In this document: positions 1 through 10,049 of the stretch, in pieces
Layout: every line of letters begins with the position of its first letter
How positions within the stretch are numbered: position 1 is the stretch's first letter
NCBI GenBank assembly: GCA_963749155.1
Contig: CAVVLO010000003.1
Location: 32,001 to 96,000 of the forward strand
Length of the DNA: 64,000 bases
From: an uncultured Armatimonadia bacterium
GTDB taxonomy: Bacteria; Armatimonadota; Zipacnadia; CAVVLO01
Reading direction: 5' to 3'
Translations under genes and position numbers: made by a program
The notes under the pieces: model-generated
Seen by the model: the letters and a program-made list of their open reading frames with translations, nothing else
Told to the model about the DNA's origin: nothing
Database searches by the model: none

Positions 1-2062
1 CAATCCGGCCAGCCAGATAATCATCCCTGCGCCTGCGCCCCACAGGCCCATTACGATAAGGGCGGGCTTCGACCAGAGTGGATCGGCCAGCCATTCAGGC
101 GCGCCGATACCGAACCAGGCTGTCAAGGTAGAACGCCAGGCGAGGTTGATGAGGCCGTATTCCGGATTGAGAATCCAGATCCACAGGATTGCGCTTGCGA
201 CCATCGGCACGATGGAGGGCATATAGTAGATGGTGCGATACCAGCTCATCCCGCGCACCTTCGCGTTCAGCAGCATCGCAATGGCAAGCCCCACCATCAT
301 CGAAAGCGGCACGCCAAATAGCCAGAGATAGCCGGCATTGAAGAGCGCTTTCATAAAGATGGGGTCTTTCAGCAGATCCTGGTAGTTGGCGAAGCCCACA
401 TATTTGGCCGGATGCAGCACGTCATAGCTGCAGAAGCTGTAGACGATTGAGGCGAGGATGGGCCCTCCGGTAAAGACGAGGAAACCGATAACCCAGGGCG
501 AGGCGAAGAGATAACCCGCAACGGCTTCCTGCTTGCGAAGCGGCCCTATAGGCTCTGCCCGCCATATTAGCACCCCGCCTATCAGCAGCAGCAGCACTCC
601 GGCCACCGCCGCGATACCATAGGGGATCTGCCAGTTGAAGAGCGGCAACTCGCGCTCCGCGAAGACGGTGTTCAAGCTCTTTCTGCACGACCGCGGTGCT
701 TTCATCGAGGGCGGCCTTGGCGTCTTTCTTGTGATAGATGGCCAGGTCGAAGGAGCGGATATGTTCGTCCCACAGGCGCTGACCGACGAAAGTCACTGGC
801 CTGTAGCGCGAGACAGGCATCAGGTCGAGACAGGTGCGCAAGGCCGAGCGATATTGCTCTTCCTTCGGCGCAAACTTGTCGAAAACCGTCTCGTTTACGA
901 CCCGGTTGGCCGTCATATCGGGGACGTAGATGCGCCCGAGGCCGTGAGCGTATTCTTGCTGGCCTTCGTTCATCGGGATTATCCCATCGAGGCTTGTCAT
1001 CCATCTGACAAAGGCCCAGGCCTCTTCGGTATGGGGAGAACCCATCGGGATAGCCAGCGAATGGCCACCCGACCAGGTGATAAACTGAGGCAGGCCCTTG
1101 AACCGGCCCTCTCCCCTGTAGCGCGCATCAGGCACCGGCGCTGGCGCTACGCCAAATTTCACGTTGGGCGCGTAGCGCGCGGTCATATTCAGCACCCAGT
1201 TGCCGTCCAGCTTCATCGCGACCTTGCCCGTGTAGAAGGGGTCATTGGCTTGCGGCTGGAAGCCCGACTGGAAGGCGTTGATGTTTTTGGCGCCTCCCAG
1301 GTCATCGTAGAGCTTGACCATCCAGGCCAGCGCGTCGCTGATGGCCGGATCGTTCAGCGTGCACTTGCGGCCATCCTCGGACATGAAATGCCCATCGTTG
1401 AGGAAGCCGTACATATACAGGAAGCAGTTGCCATAGTTGGGGATAAAGCCGATGGTCTTGTAGCTGTCGCTCTCCTCGGCTTTTACTGTCAGCTTTTTGG
1501 CCATCCACTCAAGCTCGCTCCAGGTCTTGGGCGGCTTTTCAGGGTCCAGCCCCGCTGCCCGGAAGACGTCCTTGTTCCAGTACAGCACGCGGTCATCGGT
1601 GCTGTAGGGGATGGCATAGACTTTCCCTTCATAGGTCGCCTCATCCCAGCAGGCAGGATAAAAGTCTGAAGGCTTCACGCCCTCGCGCTGGATGAGATCG
1701 TCGAGGGGCCGGAAGGCGCCGCGGCTTGCCCAGTCGCCGATGGTAAAGCGGTCCTGGAAGATAACATCCGGTGGCACGCCTCCTGCTATCGAGGTCATCA
1801 GTTTCTGAGGATCCATCCCACCCGCGGCCATATTGAGCCGGATAACTTTGATATTGGGATGGGTCTCTTCGAAGAGGGCAACGGCCTTGTCCAGCCCGCG
1901 CGTCTCTTCTCCACTGGCAAGCCCCCAGACTACCAGGTTCACGCGCTCGCTCGAGCTGGCCCCGCCGGCCTTGGAGTTAACCAGGAGGATGACCACCACA
2001 AGGATGGAGACCAGCACCAGAGCCAGCCAGATTTTAGGGTCTTTCAAGTGAAGTCCCCCCAA
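1..2062 (-). CDS. Carbohydrate ABC transporter fusion: solute-binding protein (family 1) joined to a permease domain; frameshift near 676; runs off the window start
   Basis: ORF 422..2062 has SBP family 1 motifs (GGVPPDV, YAIPY, LYWNKDVF, GKVAM). After a frameshift at ~676 the reading continues NTVFAERELPLFNWQ...GYLFASPWVIGFLVFTGGPILAS...YVGFANY...YRTIYYMPSIVP, typical of a MalF-type permease. Confidence 0.85.
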
Positions 2063-2194
2063 GCCTTTTGTACGGAATGCCCAGATTATAGCAAGGTTAA
2101 CTGGCCTTCACACGCGCCGGATTACTTTTCCCCTTTCGCTAGCCGCGGCGAAAGGGCAGGATTGGCGCGCCTGCAGGCTTCGTCCCTTTCGAAT

Positions 2195-2249
2195 TTCGCC
2201 GCAAAAAACGAGTCTCCTGCAAGCAGGAAAGAGGGGGCCTGGGGTAGAA
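2195..2249. promoter_or_regulatory. Back-to-back pair of sigmaH-like promoter motifs
   Basis: Minus strand 2195..2220 GCAGGA-N16-CGAA; plus strand 2223..2249 GCAGGA-N17-AGAA. They face the divergent genes. Confidence 0.55.
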
Positions 2250-2281
2250 ATCAATCCCAAGGAATCAGAGGAGGGAGCTTT

Positions 2282-2482
2282 ATGGCCAAAATCCACAAGT
2301 TGAAGAGCACCGGTTTGTTCTGTCCGTTCCAGGCGCCTGGGCATCCGCTTCAGGGAGGTTGCCAGCGCACATGCGCCATCTTCGATGATGAACTGGGCGG
2401 CTGCGCCCTTCTGGTCATCGCCAGGGCTATGACCGGCCGCAAAGACACGCCAGACGAGGAAGAAGAAGCCAAGGAAGAGTAG
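2282..2482 (+). CDS. Small 66-aa four-cysteine protein, possibly metal-binding
   Basis: Strong SD (GAGGAGGGAG) before ATG 2282; MAKIHKLKSTGLFCPFQAPGHPLQGGCQRTCAIFDDELGGCALLVIARAM with an acidic tail; followed by a terminator hairpin. Confidence 0.7.
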   Translation: MAKIHKLKSTGLFCPFQAPGHPLQGGCQRTCAIFDDELGGCALLVIARAMTGRKDTPDEEEEAKEE

Positions 2483-2507
2483 CAAGCCAACTTTTTCGTA
2501 AAAGAAG

Positions 2508-2535
2508 AGGCCACCGGTCACCCGGTGGCCTTTTG
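2508..2535. terminator. Intrinsic terminator between convergent genes
   Basis: AGGCCACCGG-TCAC-CCGGTGGCCT hairpin, T-run on the plus side and A-rich flank on the other. Confidence 0.75.
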
Positions 2536-2554
2536 CTTTGACAGTCAGTTGCGG

Positions 2555-4366
2555 CTAAAGCGGGCACTCCGCCTCATCGAAACCGCCGAAGAAGTTCATC
2601 AGCTCGGCGTAGAAAATCCACTGGCCCATCGGGCCTGGATGGTTGATTGTGTTCGCGAGCAGCGCATTGCCTGGCCAGCCGCGTTCTGGCAGCCTGCCAT
2701 AAGCTTCCCAGGCATCGGCGACAGGCACGCCCAGCTCTTTGCCCAGTTCCAGGTACAGGCCATTCACTTCGACCAGTCGCTCGGCGCCCCAGAGGCTGCT
2801 GTTGGAGGTCATATACAGGACTTCTGAGCCAAGCTCGCGCGCTCTGCGGGTTATCTCCACCATATTTGCCCTGGTCTGCTCAAGCGGCAGGCCAGCGTCG
2901 TTCAGGGGAAACATCACTATAGTCAGATTGGGCTTATGCGCCGCTACGTCTTTCTCGAAACGCTCGAGGCCAAAGGTGGAGTTCGTGCCTCCGACCCCCG
3001 AGTTGATTACCTTTATCTCTTGCCCAGGATAACGCGCCATCAGGCCTGCTGCCAGCCTGTCGCGCCAGTGATCACCCTCTGAAAGCGCTTCTCCCCCCGC
3101 TGTAACGCTATCTCCAAGGCAGACGATGGTAAGAGGCTCGCCGGCGTCCAGCAGCGCCTGAGTCTTTGGCAGTTCAGCTCTCCGGTCGCGCGAGACAACC
3201 AGAGAGGGCTTCCGGTCGGTTATCTGCATCACACTGGCCAGAGCTAGCTCGCTTGCGCCAAAGGGCACGTGGATATTGGCCAGCACCAGGCAGCCTGAAG
3301 GGATAGCAGGCGGTTTGGGCAAGACCAGTTGGCTCTCCCCCGGAATTATCCGAAGCTGGCCATCTTCGGCCAGGACCAGCGAGTCAATCCGCTGCAGGCT
3401 TACCGCATAATCAACATAGACGGGTTTGTCCGCCGGGGCTTTGCCCTGAGGGCGTCTGGTGAGGGTCGCATAAGGGCCATTCAGCAGGTAATCTACCCCA
3501 GGCTCCAGCTCTTCTCCTGTCTGCCCTGGGGCAGTCTTCACTACAACAGAATTCGCCATTAAGGAGTCTACCGCCGCGTGATAGGAGCACATCGCCCCTT
3601 TCAGCCTGGCACCGGTATTGAAGGCAGGGTCTCCCTCGGGCAGTACTGCTTCTTCGTCCCTGAACCAGGCAATGACAGGCGGGGCTACCTCAAGTATCGC
3701 AGGCTCTGCTACGACTATTTGACGCTCTTCGATAACGGCTGTGCCAGGCGATACGCGCACGCTGAGGCCACCCCAGGGCGCCACATTAAGTCCGTTCATT
3801 ACATATCCTCTCCTGCCTCCACCTTCATCGCCCTCGCCGTACACAAGAGGTTCGGCAAGCAGCGTCAAAGTGGTGATACTTGCTGAGGTTACTTCGAAGC
3901 TTATTTCGAGCTGGGCATGCGGCCTGGTCGAAAGAGGCAGCACCAGAGGCAGCCACCGGTCGCTGGGCAGTTTGCCCGTGTATAAGGTGACAGTAAGCCC
4001 CGAGCTGCGCGCGAGCACCGTCAAACGCGCCTCTCTCCCGCCCCGGATTTTCGTGGCGAAATCCAGTACGGGATTGCGCCCCTGAGGCGCTCTCAAGTTG
4101 AAAGTCAGCCGCAAGGTGGCCTCGTCCGGCCCGCGCACCAGCAGGCAGCGTTTGCCTTCTACAAGCTGGCCGAAGCCCACCATCGCTCTGCTCTGGCGGT
4201 CTATCTCGGTTAGCTTGCCCAGGTCTTGCTCCCCTTTCGAGCCAACCAGAGTGACGTTGTAGTCGGGTTCATCCATCAGGGCGATGGGCACCGCCCAGGC
4301 GGAAGAGAGGCAAAAAGCCATAAGGAGCCAGGCTGAGCAAAGCCCCAGGATACGAGCTGGTTTCAT
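2555..4366 (-). CDS. Secreted SGNH/GDSL-family esterase with extra N-terminal and central domains
   Basis: Signal peptide; SGNH blocks CLGDSVT, NSGVGG, FPLND and C-terminal INHPG. Confidence 0.85.
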   Translation of the reverse strand: MKPARILGLCSAWLLMAFCLSSAWAVPIALMDEPDYNVTLVGSKGEQDLGKLTEIDRQSRAMVGFGQLVEGKRCLLVRGPDEATLRLTFNLRAPQGRNPVLDFATKIRGGREARLTVLARSSGLTVTLYTGKLPSDRWLPLVLPLSTRPHAQLEISFEVTSASITTLTLLAEPLVYGEGDEGGGRRGYVMNGLNVAPWGGLSVRVSPGTAVIEERQIVVAEPAILEVAPPVIAWFRDEEAVLPEGDPAFNTGARLKGAMCSYHAAVDSLMANSVVVKTAPGQTGEELEPGVDYLLNGPYATLTRRPQGKAPADKPVYVDYAVSLQRIDSLVLAEDGQLRIIPGESQLVLPKPPAIPSGCLVLANIHVPFGASELALASVMQITDRKPSLVVSRDRRAELPKTQALLDAGEPLTIVCLGDSVTAGGEALSEGDHWRDRLAAGLMARYPGQEIKVINSGVGGTNSTFGLERFEKDVAAHKPNLTIVMFPLNDAGLPLEQTRANMVEITRRARELGSEVLYMTSNSSLWGAERLVEVNGLYLELGKELGVPVADAWEAYGRLPERGWPGNALLANTINHPGPMGQWIFYAELMNFFGGFDEAECPL

Positions 4367-4408
4367 ATACGTTCCTCCAAATATGAAATCTTCTGGTTAG
4401 TTGAAGGA

Positions 4409-4466
4409 TTCGCCCCTCGCGCGTCTCTTCCTGCTTGGCTGCAGGGAAGCCTGCTATCCAGTTGAA
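4409..4466. promoter_or_regulatory. Back-to-back pair of sigmaH-like promoter motifs
   Basis: Minus 4409..4434 GCAGGA-N16-CGAAT; plus 4441..4466 GCAGGG-N16-TGAAT. Confidence 0.55.
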
Positions 4467-4501
4467 TTTATAACCTGAGTCGGACCCCAGGAAGGTGAGT
4501 T

Positions 4502-5473
4502 ATGAAGCGCGCGCTCAGAATCGGTTTACTGGTGCTTGGTATTGCTACCGTGGCCCTCGCTACCCCTTTCCTCTACGCGGGGCTTCGCTATGGCTTCGGC
4601 TCTCCCGAATTTGTGCGCATCGCTTTGGAAGTAAAAAAGTTCCTGATTGATTTTTTCAGTCAGGATAATGGCCTCAATGTGCTGCGCCGGGCTTCGATAA
4701 ATGGCATCGTCGCGGTTGGGATGACCTTCGTCATTATTACGGGGGGCATAGATTTATCGGTCGGAGGCATCCTCGCTCTGGCCAGTTGCCTTTGCGCCGG
4801 TCTGATGGAGGTCGGGCTGCCCGCCCCTGTTGCGATATTGGCCGCGCTGGCAACCGGGGCTTTGCTTGGCGCCTTCAATGGCTTCATCGTCGCCAGAGGC
4901 AAGATGCAGCCTTTCATCGTCACGATGGCCACCTGGACCATTGCCGCGGGCGTTGCCTTCCTCTACACCGACCGGGTCATCACCAGCACCAACCAGGGCT
5001 TCTCTGATTTCGGAGCCAGCCCCTGGGCGCCGACTCTGCTTTTCCTGGTGACCGCTTTACTGGCCTGGGGCGTCCAAAAATACACGGCCTTTGGCAGGTA
5101 CACTTATAGCCTGGGGGGCAATGAGGAAGCCGCGCGCCTTTCAGGTATCAACGTCACATCGCTTAAAGTAAAAGTCTATGCCCTTTCGGGGATGCTCGCT
5201 GGCCTGGCCGCGGTGGTATATGTGGCTCGGACCAATTCGGGCGCCCCTGATATCTGGAACACCGGCTACGAGCTGGACGCTATCGCTGCCGCGGTAATTG
5301 GCGGCACGAGCCTCGCCGGCGGGCGCGGCAGTGTTATTGGCACCATATTCGGCGCCATTATCATCAACGCGCTGGGCAATGCGCTCAACCTTGCGGGGAT
5401 GGGCGATGTCGCGCAGAAGATAATGCGAGGTCTCATCATACTGCTGGCGGTCTACCTTCAGAAGAGAGACTGA
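4502..5473 (+). CDS. Monosaccharide ABC transporter permease (RbsC-like)
   Basis: GMTFVIITGGIDLSVG, GGNEEAARLSGI and YELDAIAAAVIGGTSL motifs. Confidence 0.92.
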   Translation: MKRALRIGLLVLGIATVALATPFLYAGLRYGFGSPEFVRIALEVKKFLIDFFSQDNGLNVLRRASINGIVAVGMTFVIITGGIDLSVGGILALASCLCAGLMEVGLPAPVAILAALATGALLGAFNGFIVARGKMQPFIVTMATWTIAAGVAFLYTDRVITSTNQGFSDFGASPWAPTLLFLVTALLAWGVQKYTAFGRYTYSLGGNEEAARLSGINVTSLKVKVYALSGMLAGLAAVVYVARTNSGAPDIWNTGYELDAIAAAVIGGTSLAGGRGSVIGTIFGAIIINALGNALNLAGMGDVAQKIMRGLIILLAVYLQKRD

Positions 5474-5536
5474 GGCAGGAGTCAGGCGCGCTGCCTCGAA
5501 AGCTTTTCCAATCAAGTCCAGGGAGGACTGATACAT

Positions 5537-6564
5537 ATGAAACGTGCTGCCTTGTTGGCTTGCTTCTCGCCTTGAGCGCTTTGGTGCTGGTGTCTTGCGC
5601 GCCGGAGCAACAGCCTTCACAAGCGACCCCGCCTGTGCCGTCTACCCAACCTGCTGCCCCTGCTGCTGAAAAGCAGCTTGTTGTCTTCTGCCAGAGTACC
5701 AATGTAGATCCCTGGCGGCAGGCGATGAACGCTGATATGGAAGACGCCGCTGCCAAATATCCCGATATCAAACTCGAGATCCTCGATGGCCAGAACAAGA
5801 ACGAGACCCAGCTGGCCAATGTCGAGGATGCTGTCTCGAAGGGCTGCAAGGTGCTGATTATCAGCCCGCGCGAAGCCCAGCCTCTGACCAAGGCCGTCGA
5901 GGAAGTCTACGCCAAAGGCATCCCTGTCATCCTGCTCGATCGCTCAATCAATTCGGAAAACTATACTTCCTTCATAGGCGCCAGCAATGTCGAGATAGGC
6001 AAGATGGCTGGCGAATACGTTGCCAAGCAACTCAAGGGCAAGGGCAAGGTCGTGGAAATCCAGGGTATCGCGGGCGCCACTCCTACCAAGGACCGCCATT
6101 CCGGTTTCCACGAGGCCCTCAAGGCTTATCCGGGCATCAAGGTCATCAACCAGGCCCAGTATGCCGATTATCTGCGCAGCAAGGCGATGCCCGTGATGGA
6201 AGACGCGCTGCAGAAGTACAAGGAAATCGATTGCGTCTATGCCCATAACGACGAGATGGCCCTTGGCGCGCTCAAGGCCGCCCAGGACGCGGGCAGGGCA
6301 AAGTCCATTATGTTCGTAGGCATCGATGGCCAGCGCGAGGCGCTCGAGGCTATTCTGGCCGGCGATATGGCGGCGACTTTCGTTTATCCCACCTGCAGCA
6401 ACGAAGCCATAGACCTGGCCGAGAAGCTGCTGGCAGGCGCCAAGGCCGATGTGCCCAAACAGGTGCCTCTCAAGACCATCGCTCTCACCAAAGAAAATGC
6501 CGAAAAATACTATGATGCGACTCGCCCAATGGCCCGTATTACCGAAAGCATGGTAAAAGAGTAA
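5537..6564 (+). CDS. Sugar ABC transporter substrate-binding lipoprotein (RbsB-like); frameshift in the signal peptide near 5552
   Basis: SD GGGAGG plus ATG 5537 (MKRAA), out of frame with the ORF-track frame 5560..6564; lipobox LVSC; motifs GIPVILLDR, YAHNDEMALGA, VGIDG. Confidence 0.88.
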
Positions 6565-6580
6565 TAATGAGGTGATATCG

Positions 6581-6619
6581 GTGGAGAGAGACCTCGCGAG
6601 GGGCTCTCTCCACTTTTTT
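6581..6619 (+). terminator. Intrinsic terminator
   Basis: GTGGAGAGAG...CTCTCTCCAC stem followed by TTTTTT. Confidence 0.8.
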
Positions 6620-6622
6620 CTA

Positions 6623-7015
6623 ATGGCCGACTCTCCGCCCAAAATCAGGATTCTGATAGTCGAGGATCAGCCGCATATGCATGATATGATGCTGCTCTTC
6701 CTCGAACGAGTTGGTTATGAAGTAACAGGCGCCTATACCGCCAGGGCAGCCCTTGAGGCTGCCAGTCAAACTTCCTTCGAGGTCGCGCTGGTCGATTTGA
6801 CTCTGCCTGACCAGCACGGCGCAGACCTCATAAAGCAACTGCTGGCGCTCGAAGAGCCGCCCATCTGCTTCGTGCTTACAGGTAGCGACGAGGCCGAAGC
6901 CAGACGTTGTTCGGAAGAAAGTGGCGCCTGTGGCTGGCTAACCAAACCCTTCTCACTGAAAGAGTTGTCAGCTTGTGTTCAAAAAGCGCTGGCCCAGGGA
7001 GGCAAGTCAGAATGA
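6623..7015 (+). CDS. Stand-alone response regulator receiver (CheY-like)
   Basis: ILIVEDQ, LVDLTLPD (phospho-Asp), VLTG and LTKPF motifs; start 6623 chosen because upstream starts overlap the terminator. Confidence 0.88.
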   Translation: MADSPPKIRILIVEDQPHMHDMMLLFLERVGYEVTGAYTARAALEAASQTSFEVALVDLTLPDQHGADLIKQLLALEEPPICFVLTGSDEAEARRCSEESGACGWLTKPFSLKELSACVQKALAQGGKSE

Positions 7016-7197
7016 ATCGTGGTGGCTTTTCTTTGAATCGCCTGCTAGGCATATCGCGCCTCAAGTCGCAGGTGTCGCGCAGCACGGGCATCCCCTGGAC
7101 CCGTTCGGGCAGGCAGCGCAAAGTTGGCGCCATGCTCGGTTCCGCTGGGCTTGTTCTGCTTGGTTTATCACTGCTGAAACGCTGGCGCAACCGCTGA
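7012..7197 (+). CDS. Small basic protein with a C-terminal hydrophobic segment (hypothetical)
   Basis: ATGA overlap with the upstream stop, SD GGAGG; MNRGGFSLNRLLGISRLKSQVSRSTGIPWTRSGRQRKVG followed by a hydrophobic helix. Confidence 0.65.
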   Translation: MNRGGFSLNRLLGISRLKSQVSRSTGIPWTRSGRQRKVGAMLGSAGLVLLGLSLLKRWRNR

Positions 7198-7242
7198 CTT
7201 GCTGCTGGCTGCTAGCACCCTGGGGGAGCCTGATCTGGTTTT

Positions 7243-8184
7243 ATGCCGTCTGACTACGACCTGTCGCTGGTGGTGCCTGTCTACAACGAGGAAGAGATGA
7301 TCCCGCTGCTCTGGCAGGAGCTTGCGGCTACTCTCCCCCGCCTCGCAGGCGCCTGGCAGGTCGTCTTCGTGGACGATGGAAGTCAGGATTCCAGTTCCGA
7401 GCAACTACGAGCGATCGCCTTGGCTAATCCTAATGTCGTCTACGTGCGCTTCAAGCGCAATCAGGGCCAGGCTACCGCCTACAGGGCAGGCTTCCGCAAC
7501 GCTTCAGGTCGCCTGGTGGCTACTCTGGACGCCGATCTCCAAATCCATCCGCGAGAGCTTGAGAAGTTTCTCCCAGTCCAGGCCGAAGGGGATTTCGATG
7601 TCGTCTACGGCCGGCGCGAGTCGCGCAGGGGCAGTTGGCTTAAGCGCGTCCTGACCAGCCGCACCGCCAACTGGATGATACGCACAGGCTCCGGCAGCAG
7701 CGGGCACGATGCGGGCTGCGGATTGAAGGTCTACAAGCTGTGGCTTGCGCGCGAGTTGCTCTTCTTCTCGGGCCTTCACCGGATGTCTACAGCGCTTTCC
7801 AAGGGTTTCGGGGCAAGAGAAGCCGAGGTCTCGCTGCTTGAGGGCGAGCGCCTGGCTGGCACAAGCAAATACGGCCTCAAACGAATCTTCCAGGTCATCC
7901 CTGACCTTGCCCGCGCCCTGTTGATGACCAGGCTGGTAAAACTGCCCTTCGCCAGGTGTAGCAGTCGGCTGAAGAAAGTCAGCCTGATAGCGCTGCTGGA
8001 GTCCTTCCTGGTGCGCGGTTGCCTGCGCTATGAACTGCGCCTGCTGGCCGCGGTTTTAGGTTCTGCAGGGGCTTTCGCAGGGCGGCTGGAAGAATGGCGC
8101 GCCACCTTGTTAGAAATCCGGACGCATCTGCTCGATGCGCCCGGATATCCTCTCGATGAAGAATTGAGCATCCGGGCTCGTTAG
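7243..8184 (+). CDS. GT2 glycosyltransferase, polyprenol-phosphate type (ArnC/DPM1-like)
   Basis: SLVVPVYNEE, FVDDGSQD, RNQGQ, LDADLQ, DAGCGLK and R..GTSKY motifs. Confidence 0.9.
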   Translation: MPSDYDLSLVVPVYNEEEMIPLLWQELAATLPRLAGAWQVVFVDDGSQDSSSEQLRAIALANPNVVYVRFKRNQGQATAYRAGFRNASGRLVATLDADLQIHPRELEKFLPVQAEGDFDVVYGRRESRRGSWLKRVLTSRTANWMIRTGSGSSGHDAGCGLKVYKLWLARELLFFSGLHRMSTALSKGFGAREAEVSLLEGERLAGTSKYGLKRIFQVIPDLARALLMTRLVKLPFARCSSRLKKVSLIALLESFLVRGCLRYELRLLAAVLGSAGAFAGRLEEWRATLLEIRTHLLDAPGYPLDEELSIRAR

Positions 8185-9917
8185 CAGGCCGGATGGTCCA
8201 GCTTTGCGAACCAGGCCAGGTCAAGGTCAGCGAAGACGTCATCCTGAGCTTCAACGTCCGCAAGGAAGGCCAAATCTTCGGCCATATAAGGCTGCCCCTC
8301 GAGGTGTTTCTCGAAACTGGCCAGCAGCTTGCTGATGCCCTCGTAGTGCAGCTTCAACCGGGCCGAGCCATAATCGGCAGTATTACGCGTCGTAATAAGG
8401 AACTGCCAGTCACTGCTTTGCAGCAGCAGCAGCTCTCTGGCCGCCTGCTTCAGAAGTCTTACCGAAAGCTCATCCAGCGCGCCCAGGTCCCGGTCAAGCG
8501 CCTTTGCGAAGCGGGCTTCGGCCTCGTAGATAAGCTTCCAGGTCCATTCGGTCTCCTCGTTCAGCCACACCCAGTGGAAACCACCCTCGCCCCAGGAACC
8601 CTCAGGCAAAGCGACACTAACGGTGGGCGGATGAGCCTGCACGTAGTCACTTGTGCTTGCAAGCTCGATCTCCTCGTCCTGGGCCATCCGCTTGAGCATC
8701 TCATAAAGCCAGTCGCAGCCCTCGAACCACCAGTGGCCGAAGAGTTCTGTGTCAAACATCGCGCAAACGAGGGCTTTCTCGCCCAGCTCCTGCGCGTGCA
8801 AGGCCAGACTTTGCTTGACCAGGCTGTGGAAATGGTCGGCATGTTCGGGCAGCCTGCTGGCCGCCGCTTGCAAAGAATAGTTGCCCTTGGCGCCCAGGTC
8901 GGCCTTCGAATGGGTCACTTTCCAGTATCTCAGTCCGCCCGGCCAGTGCTTCTTGTGGAAATCTAGATACTCAGGATCGCCCGGATAGCCCCAGTCACCG
9001 CTCCAGACCTGCATCCCGGCTTCTGGATCGCGGGCGAAAACCGCCACTGGGGCATGCCCAAGCGGGTCCGAGCTGGTCAGATAGGCGCTGTAGCAGGACC
9101 GCTCCTCTTCAAGCTTGCGCGGCGCATACTGCTGCTCAAATTGCTGCCAGAGGTCTTTCAGCCCCTTGAAGCGTTCCGCATAGTTGCCCAGGGTCTTGCC
9201 GCCAGTCAGCAGTGAAGTCTCGACAAAAGTCGCCCAGAGGCCTTCTTCAGAAAGAAACTCATCCACGCCCTTGCGCAGCCTGGGCGCGTCCCAACCCTCG
9301 ATGGGCAGTGGAGGCGTCCATTCATAGCGAGGTCGGTAAGCGCACTCGGGCATCCAGAAGGCTCGCGGCGCGCGCCCAAAATGGCGCTCGTAGGTAGCCT
9401 TGGCGACTTTCACCTGCGCCTGGACACTGGTATCGAGCGAGAGCAAGGGCAGATAGCCGTGCGTTGCGCCAGCACAGCCGATTTCCAGGACTCCGTCATC
9501 CTGCAGCTTGCGGAAGGCGCCGACGAGATTTCCGTTATACTTCACTTCGAAGTCCTGGATACGCGCCTCGTACCAGTCGCGCCACCAGGCGGCCATCTCG
9601 GAGAGGCCTTCTTCTCCCAGTTTGGCGAAGTAGTCAATATCGGTGATTGCGAGTTCCTTTTTGTGCGCCAGATAAGTGCGCAATTCCTCGTGGAAATCGG
9701 GATGAGCGAGCTGCTCCAGCACGATTGGGCTGAAGGAGAGGGTAACGCGGGGCTTCAGGCCCTCTTCCTCCAGGCGGGTGAGGCTGTTAAGCAAGGGGAT
9801 ATAGGTCTCTGTGACCCCCTCGCACAGCCAGTCAGTGCCATGCGGCCAGCGCCCATGCGAAAGCACATAGGGGAAGTGCGAGTGCAGTACGAGCAGGAAG
9901 CTTCCAATCTTCGCCAT
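8181..9917 (-). CDS. GH57 1,4-alpha-glucan branching enzyme (DUF1957-containing)
   Basis: LHSHFPYV, ETYIPLL, THGYLPLL, FWMPECAY, FDTELFGHWWFEG and LLQSSDWQF motifs. Confidence 0.93.
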   Translation of the reverse strand: MAKIGSFLLVLHSHFPYVLSHGRWPHGTDWLCEGVTETYIPLLNSLTRLEEEGLKPRVTLSFSPIVLEQLAHPDFHEELRTYLAHKKELAITDIDYFAKLGEEGLSEMAAWWRDWYEARIQDFEVKYNGNLVGAFRKLQDDGVLEIGCAGATHGYLPLLSLDTSVQAQVKVAKATYERHFGRAPRAFWMPECAYRPRYEWTPPLPIEGWDAPRLRKGVDEFLSEEGLWATFVETSLLTGGKTLGNYAERFKGLKDLWQQFEQQYAPRKLEEERSCYSAYLTSSDPLGHAPVAVFARDPEAGMQVWSGDWGYPGDPEYLDFHKKHWPGGLRYWKVTHSKADLGAKGNYSLQAAASRLPEHADHFHSLVKQSLALHAQELGEKALVCAMFDTELFGHWWFEGCDWLYEMLKRMAQDEEIELASTSDYVQAHPPTVSVALPEGSWGEGGFHWVWLNEETEWTWKLIYEAEARFAKALDRDLGALDELSVRLLKQAARELLLLQSSDWQFLITTRNTADYGSARLKLHYEGISKLLASFEKHLEGQPYMAEDLAFLADVEAQDDVFADLDLAWFAKLDHPAC

Positions 9918-9959
9918 ATCAGTTCTCCATCGTCAAGGCTGCTGAAAATATACTCCCCT

Positions 9960-10045
9960 ATTGTAAGCTTCTTGTGAGGCGCTGGCAAAGAGGCAATCTT
10001 TCTGCGATAGAGGGCCCGAAAGCAGGCGCTTCGTCGTGCTACAAT
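9960..10045. promoter_or_regulatory. Divergent sigma70-type -10 boxes
   Basis: TACAAT on minus at 9960..9965 (GH57 gene) and TACAAT on plus at 10040..10045, just before the rnpB 5' end. Confidence 0.55.
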
Positions 10046-10049
10046 GAAG

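Noticed and set aside
635..1669. 344-aa plus-strand ORF
   Set aside because: Antisense shadow of the ABC solute-binding domain.
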